64,000 bases of DNA. It comes from Candidatus Limenecus sp. (GTDB lineage: Bacteria; Cyanobacteriota; Vampirovibrionia; Gastranaerophilales; Gastranaerophilaceae). The stretch is taken from NCBI GenBank assembly GCA_048360435.1, contig DBGCOP010000025.1:8101-72100 (forward strand). The letters are read 5' to 3'. How positions within the stretch are numbered: position 1 is the first letter of the stretch; each line of letters opens with the position of its first letter. This document shows positions 1 to 9,645 of the stretch, piece after piece. The position numbers were made by a program, and so were the translations under genes. The notes under the pieces are model-generated. The model ran no database searches. It worked only from the letters and a program-made list of their open reading frames with translations, and had not been told where the DNA came from.

Positions 1-1334
1 ACGAAGTTAACTATACCTTTGACAGAACCGTTGAATGCAGCGCCTCCCCCTTGAAACTTTACGAAAGCCTGCTTCGAAAGCAAAAAACACCCTACAATAC
101 TTTCATAAAAAACAAATACGAAACACTCTTGTCCTTCTCTCCCGAGCTGTTTTTTGAACTCGACAGAGAAACAAAATTCATAAAAACAAAACCGATGAAA
201 GGCACGGTAAAAAGAGGACTTACCCCTCAGGAGGATAAAAAGAACATTGAATTCTTGAAATCCGACATAAAAAATCGTGCTGAAAATGTGATGATAGTCG
301 ACCTTTTGAGAAACGACCTTTCTAAAATCGCAAAAACATCGACGGTAAAAGTCCTGAAACTCTTTGAAATCGAAACCCACAAAACCCTTCATCAGATGAC
401 CTCGGAAATCACAGCAGTCTTGAAAGAAGGAACAAGTTTCTATGACATCTTTGAAGCAATTTTCCCCTGCGGTTCAATCACCGGTGCGCCAAAAATCAGC
501 ACAATGGATATAATAGACAAAATTGAAACAGGCAAAAGAAACATATACTGCGGTGCAATCGGATTTATTTCACCTCAAAAAGCAGTTTTCAGCGTACCCA
601 TAAGAATTCTTCAAAAGACAAACAGTGAAACTTCTTACAAATACCGTGCAGGCGGAGCTGTTGTCTGGGATTCAGACATAAAAGACGAATGGGACGAAGC
701 TTCCCTAAAAACAGATTTCTTAAAGCCCTCAAACGATTTTAAAATAATAGAAACAGCAAAGGTTGAAAACAAAAAAATCCTTTATCTAAAACAGCACCTT
801 TCAAGAATGAAAGCTTCGGCAAAATTTTTCGGGTTTAAATTCAATGAAGGCTTATACAACCTGACCTGTGAACAAGACGGAATGCTCAGAATTCTGCTGA
901 ATAAAGACGGAGACTTTGAAACACAGCTTCTTCCTTTAAAAGAAACTCAAAACAACTTCATAAAAATCTCCGACACAAAAGTCAACAGCAGCAACACTCT
1001 TCTCTATCACAAAACAACCTGCCGTCCATGGTACGGGGAAAGTCTCAAAAGAATCAAAAACAACGAAATATACGACGAAATTTTCTTCAACGAAAAAAAC
1101 GAGCTTACTGAAGGTTCAAGAACAAACATCGTCATTGAAACCAAAGACGGACTGTTCACACCAAGCCTAAAATGCGGACTCCTCAACGGAATTCTGCGCC
1201 AAAAACTCCTTGATGAAGGCAGAATTAAAGAAAAAATTCTTTTCAAAAAAGATTTGATGAGTGCAAAAAAAATTTTCTGTATAAATTCCGTACGGGGAAT
1301 AAAAGAGGTGAACATAAAAGAGGTAAAACAATGA
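1..1334 (+). CDS. pabB: aminodeoxychorismate synthase component I fused to a class-IV aminotransferase-like (PabC-like lyase) C-terminal half; 5' end runs off the window
   Basis: The frame is open from base 3, with no stop upstream of the TTG at 51, so the gene is truncated by the window edge. Chorismate-binding motifs: PCGSITGAPK, IYCGAIGF, GGAVVWDSD. The C-terminal ~190 aa has fold-type-IV signatures (LLYHKTT, EGSRTNIVIE, GLFTP..GLLNGILR). ATGA overlap with the next gene. Confidence 0.8.
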   Translation, partial: EVNYTFDRTVECSASPLKLYESLLRKQKTPYNTFIKNKYETLLSFSPELFFELDRETKFIKTKPMKGTVKRGLTPQEDKKNIEFLKSDIKNRAENVMIVDLLRNDLSKIAKTSTVKVLKLFEIETHKTLHQMTSEITAVLKEGTSFYDIFEAIFPCGSITGAPKISTMDIIDKIETGKRNIYCGAIGFISPQKAVFSVPIRILQKTNSETSYKYRAGGAVVWDSDIKDEWDEASLKTDFLKPSNDFKIIETAKVENKKILYLKQHLSRMKASAKFFGFKFNEGLYNLTCEQDGMLRILLNKDGDFETQLLPLKETQNNFIKISDTKVNSSNTLLYHKTTCRPWYGESLKRIKNNEIYDEIFFNEKNELTEGSRTNIVIETKDGLFTPSLKCGLLNGILRQKLLDEGRIKEKILFKKDLMSAKKIFCINSVRGIKEVNIKEVKQ

Positions 1335-1903
1335 TTCTGATTGACAATTACGACTCTTTTACATACAACGTGGCGGAATACTTCAAAGAACTCGGCATCA
1401 CTCCCCGTATCTTTAAGAACGACGAAATAACAATTGAAGAGTTAAAAAAACTCGATTTCAATTCCCTCGTCCTTTCGCCCGGACCGGGGACACCGGAAGA
1501 TTCGGGCGTTTCAATGAATGCAATAAAAGAATTTTACAAAACAAAAAAAATTCTTGGAATCTGCCTCGGGCATCAATGTATCGCACAGTTTTTCAATGCA
1601 AAAATCATCAAAGACCCCGAACCGTTTCACGGCAAGGTTTCAAAAATCTTCTACAAAAAAAACAGCAGACTGTTTGAAGGAATTCCCGAAGGGTTTGAAG
1701 CAACACGCTATCACTCGCTCAAGGTATGCCCCGAATCCGTCAAAAAACCGCTTTTAATAACTGCTTATACAGGCGACACCATAATGGCAGTTGAACATGA
1801 AACGCTCCCGATTTACGGAGTACAGTTTCACCCCGAGGCAATTCTTACGCAATACGGACACGAGCTTCTTAAAAATTTTATCCTTGAGCACACGGCAGGC
1901 TGA
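1331..1903 (+). CDS. pabA: aminodeoxychorismate/anthranilate synthase component II (class I glutamine amidotransferase)
   Basis: 190 aa with the triad motifs GICLGHQ and GVQFHPE. Translationally coupled to pabB. Confidence 0.85.
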   Translation: MILIDNYDSFTYNVAEYFKELGITPRIFKNDEITIEELKKLDFNSLVLSPGPGTPEDSGVSMNAIKEFYKTKKILGICLGHQCIAQFFNAKIIKDPEPFHGKVSKIFYKKNSRLFEGIPEGFEATRYHSLKVCPESVKKPLLITAYTGDTIMAVEHETLPIYGVQFHPEAILTQYGHELLKNFILEHTAG

Positions 1904-2495
1904 AATCATATCCCATTTCAACAAGCATTTGTTTCAGCCTTTCAACGGGCAGACCGATTACATTATCCAAACATCCGTCAACACTTTTTATAAAATCCGG
2001 TCCCATTTCCTGAACACCGTATGCACCCGCCTTATCCAGAGGTTTAAAAGTTTTTATATAATCGTCTATCAATTCATCAGAAAGGTCTTGAAACGTAACA
2101 TAGGTCTTAACGGTATCAGAAAGATACTTTCCCGTATCACAATCAAGCACAGTAACAGCGGTAACCACATAATGTGTTTTACCGCTTAATGCACGGAGCA
2201 TTTCGTGCGCCTGAGCTTCGTCTTTTGGTTTGCCCAGTATTTTACTGTCTGAAATGACAACGGTGTCGGCACTAATCACGAGACTATTCGTTGGATTTTT
2301 TGCCTTGAGAATTGAGAGAGATTTTTGAAGAGAGAGGGATTTAATTTTATCGTCAGAGTAGATATCCGAGTCGAGTTTTTCGTCGCAGTCCGGTGAAACC
2401 ACGTCAAAATCGACGTTGAGTTTTTTTATGAGGGAGTGTCGTCTCGGCGATTGTGAACCGAGTATCAGTCGTTTGTTTTTTACATCTTTGTTCAT
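1878..2495 (-). CDS. maf: Maf-like nucleoside triphosphate pyrophosphatase (septum formation protein)
   Basis: Motifs LILGSQSPRR, SADTVV, GKP and AGAYGVQ in 205 aa. The 3' end overlaps pabA convergently by 26 nt. Confidence 0.85.
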   Translation of the reverse strand: MNKDVKNKRLILGSQSPRRHSLIKKLNVDFDVVSPDCDEKLDSDIYSDDKIKSLSLQKSLSILKAKNPTNSLVISADTVVISDSKILGKPKDEAQAHEMLRALSGKTHYVVTAVTVLDCDTGKYLSDTVKTYVTFQDLSDELIDDYIKTFKPLDKAGAYGVQEMGPDFIKSVDGCLDNVIGLPVERLKQMLVEMGYDFSLPCAQG

Positions 2496-2533
2496 AGGGC
2501 TATTTTAACACAGTTCACCCTATTCAGGCACAA

Positions 2534-2773
2534 TTAGCTCATTGCATATCTTGTAGATCGGTATTGAGCACATTTCGCATTCAATCCCGCACAAAATTCA
2601 TTCAGCCTGTTATTCAGATTCATCATCGTTCTGTGCATATTTGAAAAATCACCCATAGCATCAAGCATCTTTTGAGGATCGACCATTTCTGCTATTTGTG
2701 GATTGTCAACTTTTTCATCTGCATACTTTTTCACAAGTAACTGGTCAATGTAATCTCTTGGTCCAACTGCCAT
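2534..2773 (-). CDS. small hypothetical protein (79 aa)
   Basis: Clean ORF with a GGGAGA Shine-Dalgarno about 8 nt upstream of the ATG. No family recognised. Confidence 0.5.
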   Translation of the reverse strand: MAVGPRDYIDQLLVKKYADEKVDNPQIAEMVDPQKMLDAMGDFSNMHRTMMNLNNRLNEFCAGLNAKCAQYRSTRYAMS

Positions 2774-3159
2774 AATCTATTCTCCCTATAAAATTTTAAT
2801 CCCTTTAATCCCTTACTTATATAAAGTATTTTTATTCAAATTAATTGCCTTTTTAAATAAACCCTCGTTAACATTTTGTAACATACAGGTTATATTTATA
2901 GTGTAAAAGCAAATTAATTGAAAAATGTAAAAACAAAGACCTTAACGTAATGAATTACAGAATATTATTTAAACAACTACAAACGAGGTAATGTCCGAGG
3001 GCGGAGAACTTATTCTTATAAGCTTTAGGGATAATCTTGCCCGAGTTGCCGAGACGGGTTTAAATTATATTCTGTTTGAATGGAGTATCAGGTCTGAGTT
3101 TTTTATTTTTTTTAATTGATAATTAAATTACATAATAAATACTACCCTCATCTCTTATG

Positions 3160-3168
3160 TGCTAAAAT
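3160..3168 (+). promoter_or_regulatory. candidate extended -10 promoter (TGcTAAAAT) for mfd; the mRNA may be leaderless
   Basis: TGTGCTAAAAT ends 6 nt before the ATG at 3175 and there is no SD in between. The same TGTGnTAAAAT-type element recurs upstream of secA, dnaE and the gene at 48656. Confidence 0.3.
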
Positions 3169-3174
3169 CTTGAT

Positions 3175-6100
3175 ATGTTGAAATGGCTTTTGACAAACAA
3201 TTTTTTAAATAACGAAAAGCTTTTTGCCTTCCTCAAAAAGAACCGCTCCTTCACCCTAAGCGGACTTACCTCTTTTTTGAGACTCATCTTGCTTGCTCAA
3301 ATAAGCACTGAAAAAAGAACCGTTTTCATTACAAACTCCGAACAAAGCGCGCTGAAATATAAACACGACCTTGAAAAACTCTTCGGAATTGAAGCAGAAA
3401 TCTTTCCATATCAAGATATTTCTATCTATGACGGGGTTTGCTCCAACCTTTACAGATATTCAAAGCAGCTTGAAATCCTTGAAAAAAGTGACAGCACACG
3501 AATTCTCATTGTGCCTGTAAAAGCACTCCCCGAGAAGTTTCCCGACAATGAATTTTATGAAAAAAATTCAATAAAAATAAAACTCGACGATGAAATTGAC
3601 ACCCAAAAAATCGCACACAATCTGATAAACCTTGGATATAAAAGAGTCACAATGGTCTCTGACATCGGAGAGTTCTCTGTCAGAGGAGACATCATAGACG
3701 TATTTTCTCCCGAAAAATATGCAACACGTATTGAACTTTGGGGTGACACTGTCACTGATATAAGAAACTTTGACAACAAAACACAGCGAAGTGTCAGAAA
3801 AATAAAAGAAACAAAAATCCTTCCGATTTACAAATTCATTTTGAACAAAGACAACAAAGAGACCTTCAAAAACGAACTCATAAGCACAACAGCAGGGCTT
3901 GAAACAAATGAAAACACCGACATAATCAGAGAACTTCTCGAAGAAACTCTGGAAAAAATTGACAACGAAGGATATTTTGAAGGCATAGAATATTTCCAGT
4001 CATACCTCAACAAAAAAACAAAAAACCTCATAGAACTTCTGAGCGAAGATTTTATTCTCGTCTTTGATGAGTCGTCAGAAATTTATTCAAAATTTGAACA
4101 AATTGACCTGAACTATGAAAAACAGATTGAAGAAAACACACAAAAAGCCTTGAACCTTCCGCTAAAATCAAAAGCTCACCTCGAAACACAGGAGTTTAAA
4201 AACGTCTGTGCAAAAAGAGAAAAAATTTTTCTGGACAATTTTCTTGATACAGTCTCTGACTACACAATCGAGTTTGAGAGTGCATTAATTCCGAGCTTTT
4301 CGTCAAAAATGGAAGAAATCCTGACATATGTCGAAGAAAAAATTCGACAGGGTTATAAAGTTGTCATATCAACGGATTACAAAAACAGAGTTGAGGAAGT
4401 CTTGTGTGACTTTGAAATACCTATTTCTGACGACTTTTCGGAACTTTCCTCAGTATACCTGACAGAGAACCTTGCTCTGGGCGGTTCTTTAATAGAAGAT
4501 TACAAACTTGTTATACTCACGGATAAAGAACTTTTCAATAAAAAATCAAAAGATATTACAGCAAAAAAACAGACTTATCACAAAGAAAGTGCTGAATATA
4601 TCGAATCCGTAAACGATATAAAAGAAGGCGAATATGTAGTCCATCAGGTGCACGGTGTCGGACTTTATAAAGGCTTGAGCAAACAGGAAATCGACGGTCA
4701 GCTCAAAGACTATCTCACAATTGAATACGCACAGGGCGACAAACTCCACATGCCGGCAGAACAGGTCAACCTGCTTGTGAGATACAGAGGCTCGGGCTCT
4801 GTTCACCCAAAACTTTCGAGAATGGGCGGAAACGACTGGAACATAACAAAAACCAGAGCAAAAAAAGCAATTGAGGAAATAGCAAAAGACCTTCTCAGAC
4901 TCTATGCAAAGCGAGAAATGGCACAGGGCATAGCTTTTGAACCTGACACCGTATGGCAGTGCGAAATGGAAGAAGCGTTTGAATACACGGAAACTCCTGA
5001 TCAGATGAGAGCAATTCAGGAAACTAAGGCTGATATGGAGCTTGAAAAGCCCATGGACAGACTGATTTGTGCTGACGTAGGTTTTGGAAAAACAGAAATT
5101 GCAATAAGAGCAATATTCAAAGCCGTAATGTCAGGAAAGCAAGCAGCAGTGATAGTTCCGACAACAATCCTTGCAATGCAGCACTGGCAGACAATCTCAG
5201 AACGATTCAAACCCTTTCCCGTCAAGGTGGAACTGCTCTCGCGCTTTAGAAGTGCCAAAGAACAAAAAGAAACAATAAAAAAACTGATTAAAGGCGAGGT
5301 TGATGTCGTAATCGGAACACACAGACTTCTGCAAGATGACATTGTGTTCAAGGATCTCGGGCTTCTTGTCATAGACGAAGAACACAGATTCGGTGTAAAA
5401 CACAAAGAAAAACTCAAAATGCTCAGAAAAAACATAGACATCCTGAGTATGTCAGCAACCCCTATCCCCAGAACACTTTACATGTCTTTGTCCGGAATAA
5501 AAAACATGTCTGTAATAAACACTCCGCCGATGAACCGTCTTCCCGTAAAAACACACGTCGGTGCGTACAATGAAACTTATGTAAAAAATGCAATAAACCA
5601 CGAACTCGACAGAGACGGACAGGTCTTTTTCCTTTACAACCGTGTGGAAACAATCTATGAATTTGCAGCAGAGCTTCAAAAAATTGTACCAAACGCACGA
5701 ATAGCAGTCGCACACGGACAAATGGACCCGAAAACACTCGAGGGTATAATGCTCGAATATGCACAACACAAATATGACATCCTGCTTTGCACAACTATCA
5801 TTGAATCCGGACTTGATATTCCAAACGCAAACACAATGATAATATACGACTCAGACAGATTCGGACTTGCCCAGCTTTATCAGCTCAGAGGACGGGTGGG
5901 AAGAAGCGAACGCCAGGCATACTGCTATTGTTTCTACAAAGACCGCAAGAAGCTTACGGCAGAAGCACTTCAACGTCTCGAAGCAATCAAAGAATTTTCA
6001 ACTCTCGGCGGAGGATACCAGATTGCGCTTCGTGACATCGAAATCAGAGGAGTCGGAAACATACTGGGCACAAAACAACACGGTCATATGACAAATGTGG

Positions 6101-6657
6101 GCTTTGACACTTACTGCCAGCTGCTTGAAGAAACAATCAACGAGCTTCAAGAAACAGGTGAAAAACCGCAGCCGCCTGCAATTGTCGACATAAACATCAC
6201 AGCCTACATTCCTGACGAGTGGGTCGGTTCAAAAGAACAAAAAATGATTGAATACAAGCGTCTTGCCGACGTAAAAACACTCGAAGAGCTTGATTTAATT
6301 CATCAGGAATGGAAAGACAGATTCTCAAAAATCCCCGAGCCTGTTGAAAATTTAATAAAAATCATACACCTCAGACTCCTTGCCACACAGGCAAAAATCT
6401 CACTTATCAGAGAAACTTCGGACAACATAAGAATTTATATGCCTTACAACAAAGCCGAGTGGTCTATCATTGCCTCAAGAATTGACAGAAATATTACAAA
6501 ATATATAAAATATACTATTGCCCCCAAGTCCTGTCAGGAGGGCAATTCAATCTTGCTTTTCAACAATAGTGTTCTTAGCTTTAAAGAAGTATTTAACATA
6601 TTGAGTGATTTATTCTATTATATAAATAAGATAACGTACGAGTTTAACAGTAAATAA
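3175..6657 (+). CDS. mfd: transcription-repair coupling factor
   Basis: 1160 aa. Helicase motifs ADVGFGKTE, LVIDEEHRFG, MSATPIPRT and QLRGRVGRS, plus the CarD-like region EGEYVVHQVHGVG. Confidence 0.95.
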   Translation: MLKWLLTNNFLNNEKLFAFLKKNRSFTLSGLTSFLRLILLAQISTEKRTVFITNSEQSALKYKHDLEKLFGIEAEIFPYQDISIYDGVCSNLYRYSKQLEILEKSDSTRILIVPVKALPEKFPDNEFYEKNSIKIKLDDEIDTQKIAHNLINLGYKRVTMVSDIGEFSVRGDIIDVFSPEKYATRIELWGDTVTDIRNFDNKTQRSVRKIKETKILPIYKFILNKDNKETFKNELISTTAGLETNENTDIIRELLEETLEKIDNEGYFEGIEYFQSYLNKKTKNLIELLSEDFILVFDESSEIYSKFEQIDLNYEKQIEENTQKALNLPLKSKAHLETQEFKNVCAKREKIFLDNFLDTVSDYTIEFESALIPSFSSKMEEILTYVEEKIRQGYKVVISTDYKNRVEEVLCDFEIPISDDFSELSSVYLTENLALGGSLIEDYKLVILTDKELFNKKSKDITAKKQTYHKESAEYIESVNDIKEGEYVVHQVHGVGLYKGLSKQEIDGQLKDYLTIEYAQGDKLHMPAEQVNLLVRYRGSGSVHPKLSRMGGNDWNITKTRAKKAIEEIAKDLLRLYAKREMAQGIAFEPDTVWQCEMEEAFEYTETPDQMRAIQETKADMELEKPMDRLICADVGFGKTEIAIRAIFKAVMSGKQAAVIVPTTILAMQHWQTISERFKPFPVKVELLSRFRSAKEQKETIKKLIKGEVDVVIGTHRLLQDDIVFKDLGLLVIDEEHRFGVKHKEKLKMLRKNIDILSMSATPIPRTLYMSLSGIKNMSVINTPPMNRLPVKTHVGAYNETYVKNAINHELDRDGQVFFLYNRVETIYEFAAELQKIVPNARIAVAHGQMDPKTLEGIMLEYAQHKYDILLCTTIIESGLDIPNANTMIIYDSDRFGLAQLYQLRGRVGRSERQAYCYCFYKDRKKLTAEALQRLEAIKEFSTLGGGYQIALRDIEIRGVGNILGTKQHGHMTNVGFDTYCQLLEETINELQETGEKPQPPAIVDINITAYIPDEWVGSKEQKMIEYKRLADVKTLEELDLIHQEWKDRFSKIPEPVENLIKIIHLRLLATQAKISLIRETSDNIRIYMPYNKAEWSIIASRIDRNITKYIKYTIAPKSCQEGNSILLFNNSVLSFKEVFNILSDLFYYINKITYEFNSK

Positions 6658-6675
6658 TTAAAAGGAGTTATAAAG

Positions 6676-7794
6676 ATGAAGAAATTGAAATTATTCGCCA
6701 CAGTGGCATGTATGTCATTGTTATTATGCGGATGCGTAAGCAAAAATGCCGTTATTACAGTTAACGGAGATGCAATTACAAAACAACAGTATGAAAAGGC
6801 CTTCGATGCCGTTGCGGACAATTCAATGTTCTCACAAATGGGCATTGACCTCAAAAAAGACGAAAACAGCTTTCTTCATCTTATGCTGAAAGACAGAGTT
6901 GTGAACGAGCTTATTGTGAAAAAACTCCTCGATCAGGAAATAGACAAAAGACACATAAAAGTCTCAAAAGAAGACATGGATAAACAGCTCAAAGATATCA
7001 TTGACAAAGTCGGTTCAAAAGAAAAATTCAACGAACTTTTGAAACAAAACGGTGTTACAGCAGCCCAGTTCAAAAAAGATCTCGAAGACGAAGTCAAAAT
7101 CCAAAAACTTGTTGACACACTTTCAGTTGTATCAGTAAGCGAAAAAGATGCTAAAAATTTCTACAACAAAAATCTCGACAAATTCAAATATCCTGACAAA
7201 GTCAGAGCTTCTCACATTCTTGTCAGTGCAAACGCAGAAGAATTGAAAGCTAAGCTTGGAGCAGACAAAAAACTCGAAGGAGCTGCTTTAAACGAAGCTG
7301 TAAAAAAAGAAATGGCAGAGAAAAAAGCTAAAGCAGAAAAACTTCTTGCCCAAGCGAAAAAAGACCCGAAATCATTCGCTAAACTTGCAAAAGACAACTC
7401 TGACGACACAATGAGTGCCAAAATGGGCGGCGACCTCGGCTTCTTCGGCAAAGAAGAAATGGTTGAACCATTTGCAAAAGCAGCTTTCTCTATGAAGCCT
7501 AACACTTTAAGCGGAATCGTTGAAACTCCTTACGGATACCACATTATCCTTGTTACAGACAGAAAAGCCGCCGGTGTTGAACCTTTTGAAAAAGTCAAAA
7601 GCGACATCACAGGTTTCCTTGAAAATCAGGAAAAAGTAAAAGTCTTGCAGCAATTCGTTGATACATTGAAAAATAATGCAAAAATCGAATACAAAGATCC
7701 TTCTTTCAACCCTGCTGAAATTCAGAAAAAACTGAAAGAACAGGCTAAAAACAATCCTGCATTAATGGAATCACAAAAATCTGCGAAGGACTAG
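6676..7794 (+). CDS. PpiC/parvulin-type peptidyl-prolyl isomerase lipoprotein (PrsA/SurA-like)
   Basis: Signal peptide with a lipobox-like LLLCGC. Parvulin core: RASHILV ... GGDLGFFGKEEMVEPFAKAAF ... TPYGYHIILV. Confidence 0.8.
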   Translation: MKKLKLFATVACMSLLLCGCVSKNAVITVNGDAITKQQYEKAFDAVADNSMFSQMGIDLKKDENSFLHLMLKDRVVNELIVKKLLDQEIDKRHIKVSKEDMDKQLKDIIDKVGSKEKFNELLKQNGVTAAQFKKDLEDEVKIQKLVDTLSVVSVSEKDAKNFYNKNLDKFKYPDKVRASHILVSANAEELKAKLGADKKLEGAALNEAVKKEMAEKKAKAEKLLAQAKKDPKSFAKLAKDNSDDTMSAKMGGDLGFFGKEEMVEPFAKAAFSMKPNTLSGIVETPYGYHIILVTDRKAAGVEPFEKVKSDITGFLENQEKVKVLQQFVDTLKNNAKIEYKDPSFNPAEIQKKLKEQAKNNPALMESQKSAKD

Positions 7795-7797
7795 CGT

Positions 7798-8811
7798 ATG
7801 GCTAACATGGACAAAGCGTTAAAAAACAAACTTTTTGAACTCATAGACAAATTTAGTGAATCAAAAATTCTCGTAGTCGGAGACATCATCCTTGACGAAT
7901 ATCTCTGGGGAATGGCTAACCGTCTTTCTCCCGAGGCACCTGTGCCGGTTCTTGAAGTAAAAAGAAAAACCTATCTGTTAGGCGGTGCAGCTAACGTAGC
8001 GAACAACATTGCCGCAATGGGTGCAACAGCTATCCTCGCCGGTGTAATAGGCGACGATCTTTACAGCGGTGTTGTCACTGATTTGTTAAAAAAGAACAAA
8101 ATAAACACTGATAATGTCCTAAAAGACAAAACACGTCCGACAACAGTAAAAACAAGACTCATTGCACAAAACAACAAACACCTTGCCCGTGTGGATAATG
8201 AATCTCTCGAGCCGGTTAGTGCTGAAGTTTCTAAAAAAATCTATGACAGTGTTGAAAAAATCATAGACGAGGTTGACCTGATTATACTTTCAGATTATGT
8301 AATCAGTGTTCTTTCCGCTAAATTAATCAAAGACATTGTCAAACTTGCAAACCGCCACGACAAAACAGTCCTCATGGACCCGAAAGGTCAGGATTTTTCT
8401 AAATATGACGGAGTGGATATTCTTGTTCCAAATATGGAAGAAGCACTCATCGCGACAAAATCCTCAAAAGACAAGCCTATCAAAAAGATTGCTGCCGCAT
8501 TGAGAAAAATAGCCGACAAAGTAATCATCACACAGAGCGCAAACGGCGTATACTATTATGACGGAGCTGATGAGATAAACTTAGACGCTTTCTCCACAGA
8601 GGTTGTAGATGCAACCGGCGCAGGCGGTTCTTTTGTTGCAATGCTCGGACTCGGACTTGCAGGTTCCAATTTTGATTTTAATGAAGCTCTGCCTCTGGCT
8701 AATTATGCAGCAGCCGCAGCCGTAAAAAAAGTCGGAACTTATGCAGTAAAACCGGTAAACCTCAAAGAGCTCATCAAAGTAGCATACAACAACTCAACGG
8801 TAAAAAAATAA
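7798..8811 (+). CDS. hldA: D-glycero-beta-D-manno-heptose-7-phosphate kinase (PfkB family; RfaE domain I type)
   Basis: 337 aa ribokinase-like protein (GGAANVA, DATGAGGSF). It sits directly upstream of the adenylyltransferase partner. Confidence 0.8.
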   Translation: MANMDKALKNKLFELIDKFSESKILVVGDIILDEYLWGMANRLSPEAPVPVLEVKRKTYLLGGAANVANNIAAMGATAILAGVIGDDLYSGVVTDLLKKNKINTDNVLKDKTRPTTVKTRLIAQNNKHLARVDNESLEPVSAEVSKKIYDSVEKIIDEVDLIILSDYVISVLSAKLIKDIVKLANRHDKTVLMDPKGQDFSKYDGVDILVPNMEEALIATKSSKDKPIKKIAAALRKIADKVIITQSANGVYYYDGADEINLDAFSTEVVDATGAGGSFVAMLGLGLAGSNFDFNEALPLANYAAAAAVKKVGTYAVKPVNLKELIKVAYNNSTVKK

Positions 8812-8812
8812 A

Positions 8813-9289
8813 ATGGGACAATTAATCGAAAGAAAAAATATACAGGAATTTGTTTCTGAACTGAAAAAACAGGGCAAAACAATCGTTACAACAAACGGAT
8901 GTTTTGATATCCTTCATGTAGGTCATGTAAGATATCTTCAAAAAACAAAAACCTTTGCCGATGTCATGATTGTGTGTTTAAATTCCGATGACTCCGTCAG
9001 AAGAATCAAAGGCCCCAAGCGTCCTATAAACAATGAAAACGATCGTGCTGAAATTCTGTGTGCACTTGAATGTGTAGACTATGTGGTAATTTTTGATGAA
9101 TCATCACCGGAAAAACTTTTGTGTGAAATCAAACCGGATGTTCACACAAAAGGAGCAGATTACACTATCGAAACACTCCCCGAGGCAAAATCCATTATCG
9201 CAAACGGTGGAAGAATCGAGTTCATCAGCTTTGTTGAAGGCAAATCAACCACTAAAGTTATTGAAAAAATATCTGCAAAGAAAAATTAA
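8813..9289 (+). CDS. hldC: D-glycero-beta-D-manno-heptose-1-phosphate adenylyltransferase (RfaE domain II type)
   Basis: Cytidylyltransferase motif TNGCFDILHVGHVRYL in 158 aa. Confidence 0.85.
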   Translation: MGQLIERKNIQEFVSELKKQGKTIVTTNGCFDILHVGHVRYLQKTKTFADVMIVCLNSDDSVRRIKGPKRPINNENDRAEILCALECVDYVVIFDESSPEKLLCEIKPDVHTKGADYTIETLPEAKSIIANGGRIEFISFVEGKSTTKVIEKISAKKN

Positions 9290-9296
9290 AGTTTAG

Positions 9297-9587
9297 TTAA
9301 GGTTCTTCTATTTCTTCAAGAATCAAACGATATCCTAACAATTTGCAAGCTGCTTGAAGTTCTTCAAGTTTAATTGCATTTCTGTGAATTTTACCGGATA
9401 AAGAATGAGGTGAATAATCTCTTCCTAATAAATTATAGATATCTTTTGCCAAGTCCTTCTGCAATATACATTTTCTTGTAATTAAGTGATTTATAATGTC
9501 ACGATTTTTCCAATTCGTAATTTCCATAGTAATAAATATCTTATCTTTTGTTGAAAATAAAGTCATATTATGGAATAATGATTTCAT
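9297..9587 (-). CDS. small helix-turn-helix-like protein (resembles DUF6471-type regulators)
   Basis: The pattern LQKDLAKDI....SPHSLSGKIHRNAIKLEELQAACKLLGY matches the HTH plus 'KISRG-x-F...FLQCLEAIG' layout of that family. The start codon is uncertain (no SD; an internal ATG at codon 21 is possible). The DNA is more AT-rich than its neighbours by eye. Confidence 0.4.
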   Translation of the reverse strand: MKSLFHNMTLFSTKDKIFITMEITNWKNRDIINHLITRKCILQKDLAKDIYNLLGRDYSPHSLSGKIHRNAIKLEELQAACKLLGYRLILEEIEEP

Positions 9588-9645
9588 AATAAAACCTGCG
9601 TTCTATTATGAAACTTACAATTAAGTAATCTTAAGGAGGAAAATT

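Noticed and set aside
2985-3113. Possible riboswitch, SRP RNA or tRNA-like element in the GC-richer island upstream of mfd.
   Set aside because: I could not match it to the conserved cores of TPP, guanidine-I/II, c-di-GMP, preQ1, fluoride, glycine or 4.5S RNA. I also found no convincing stem-plus-T-run terminator. It is kept only as a low-interest unexplained island.
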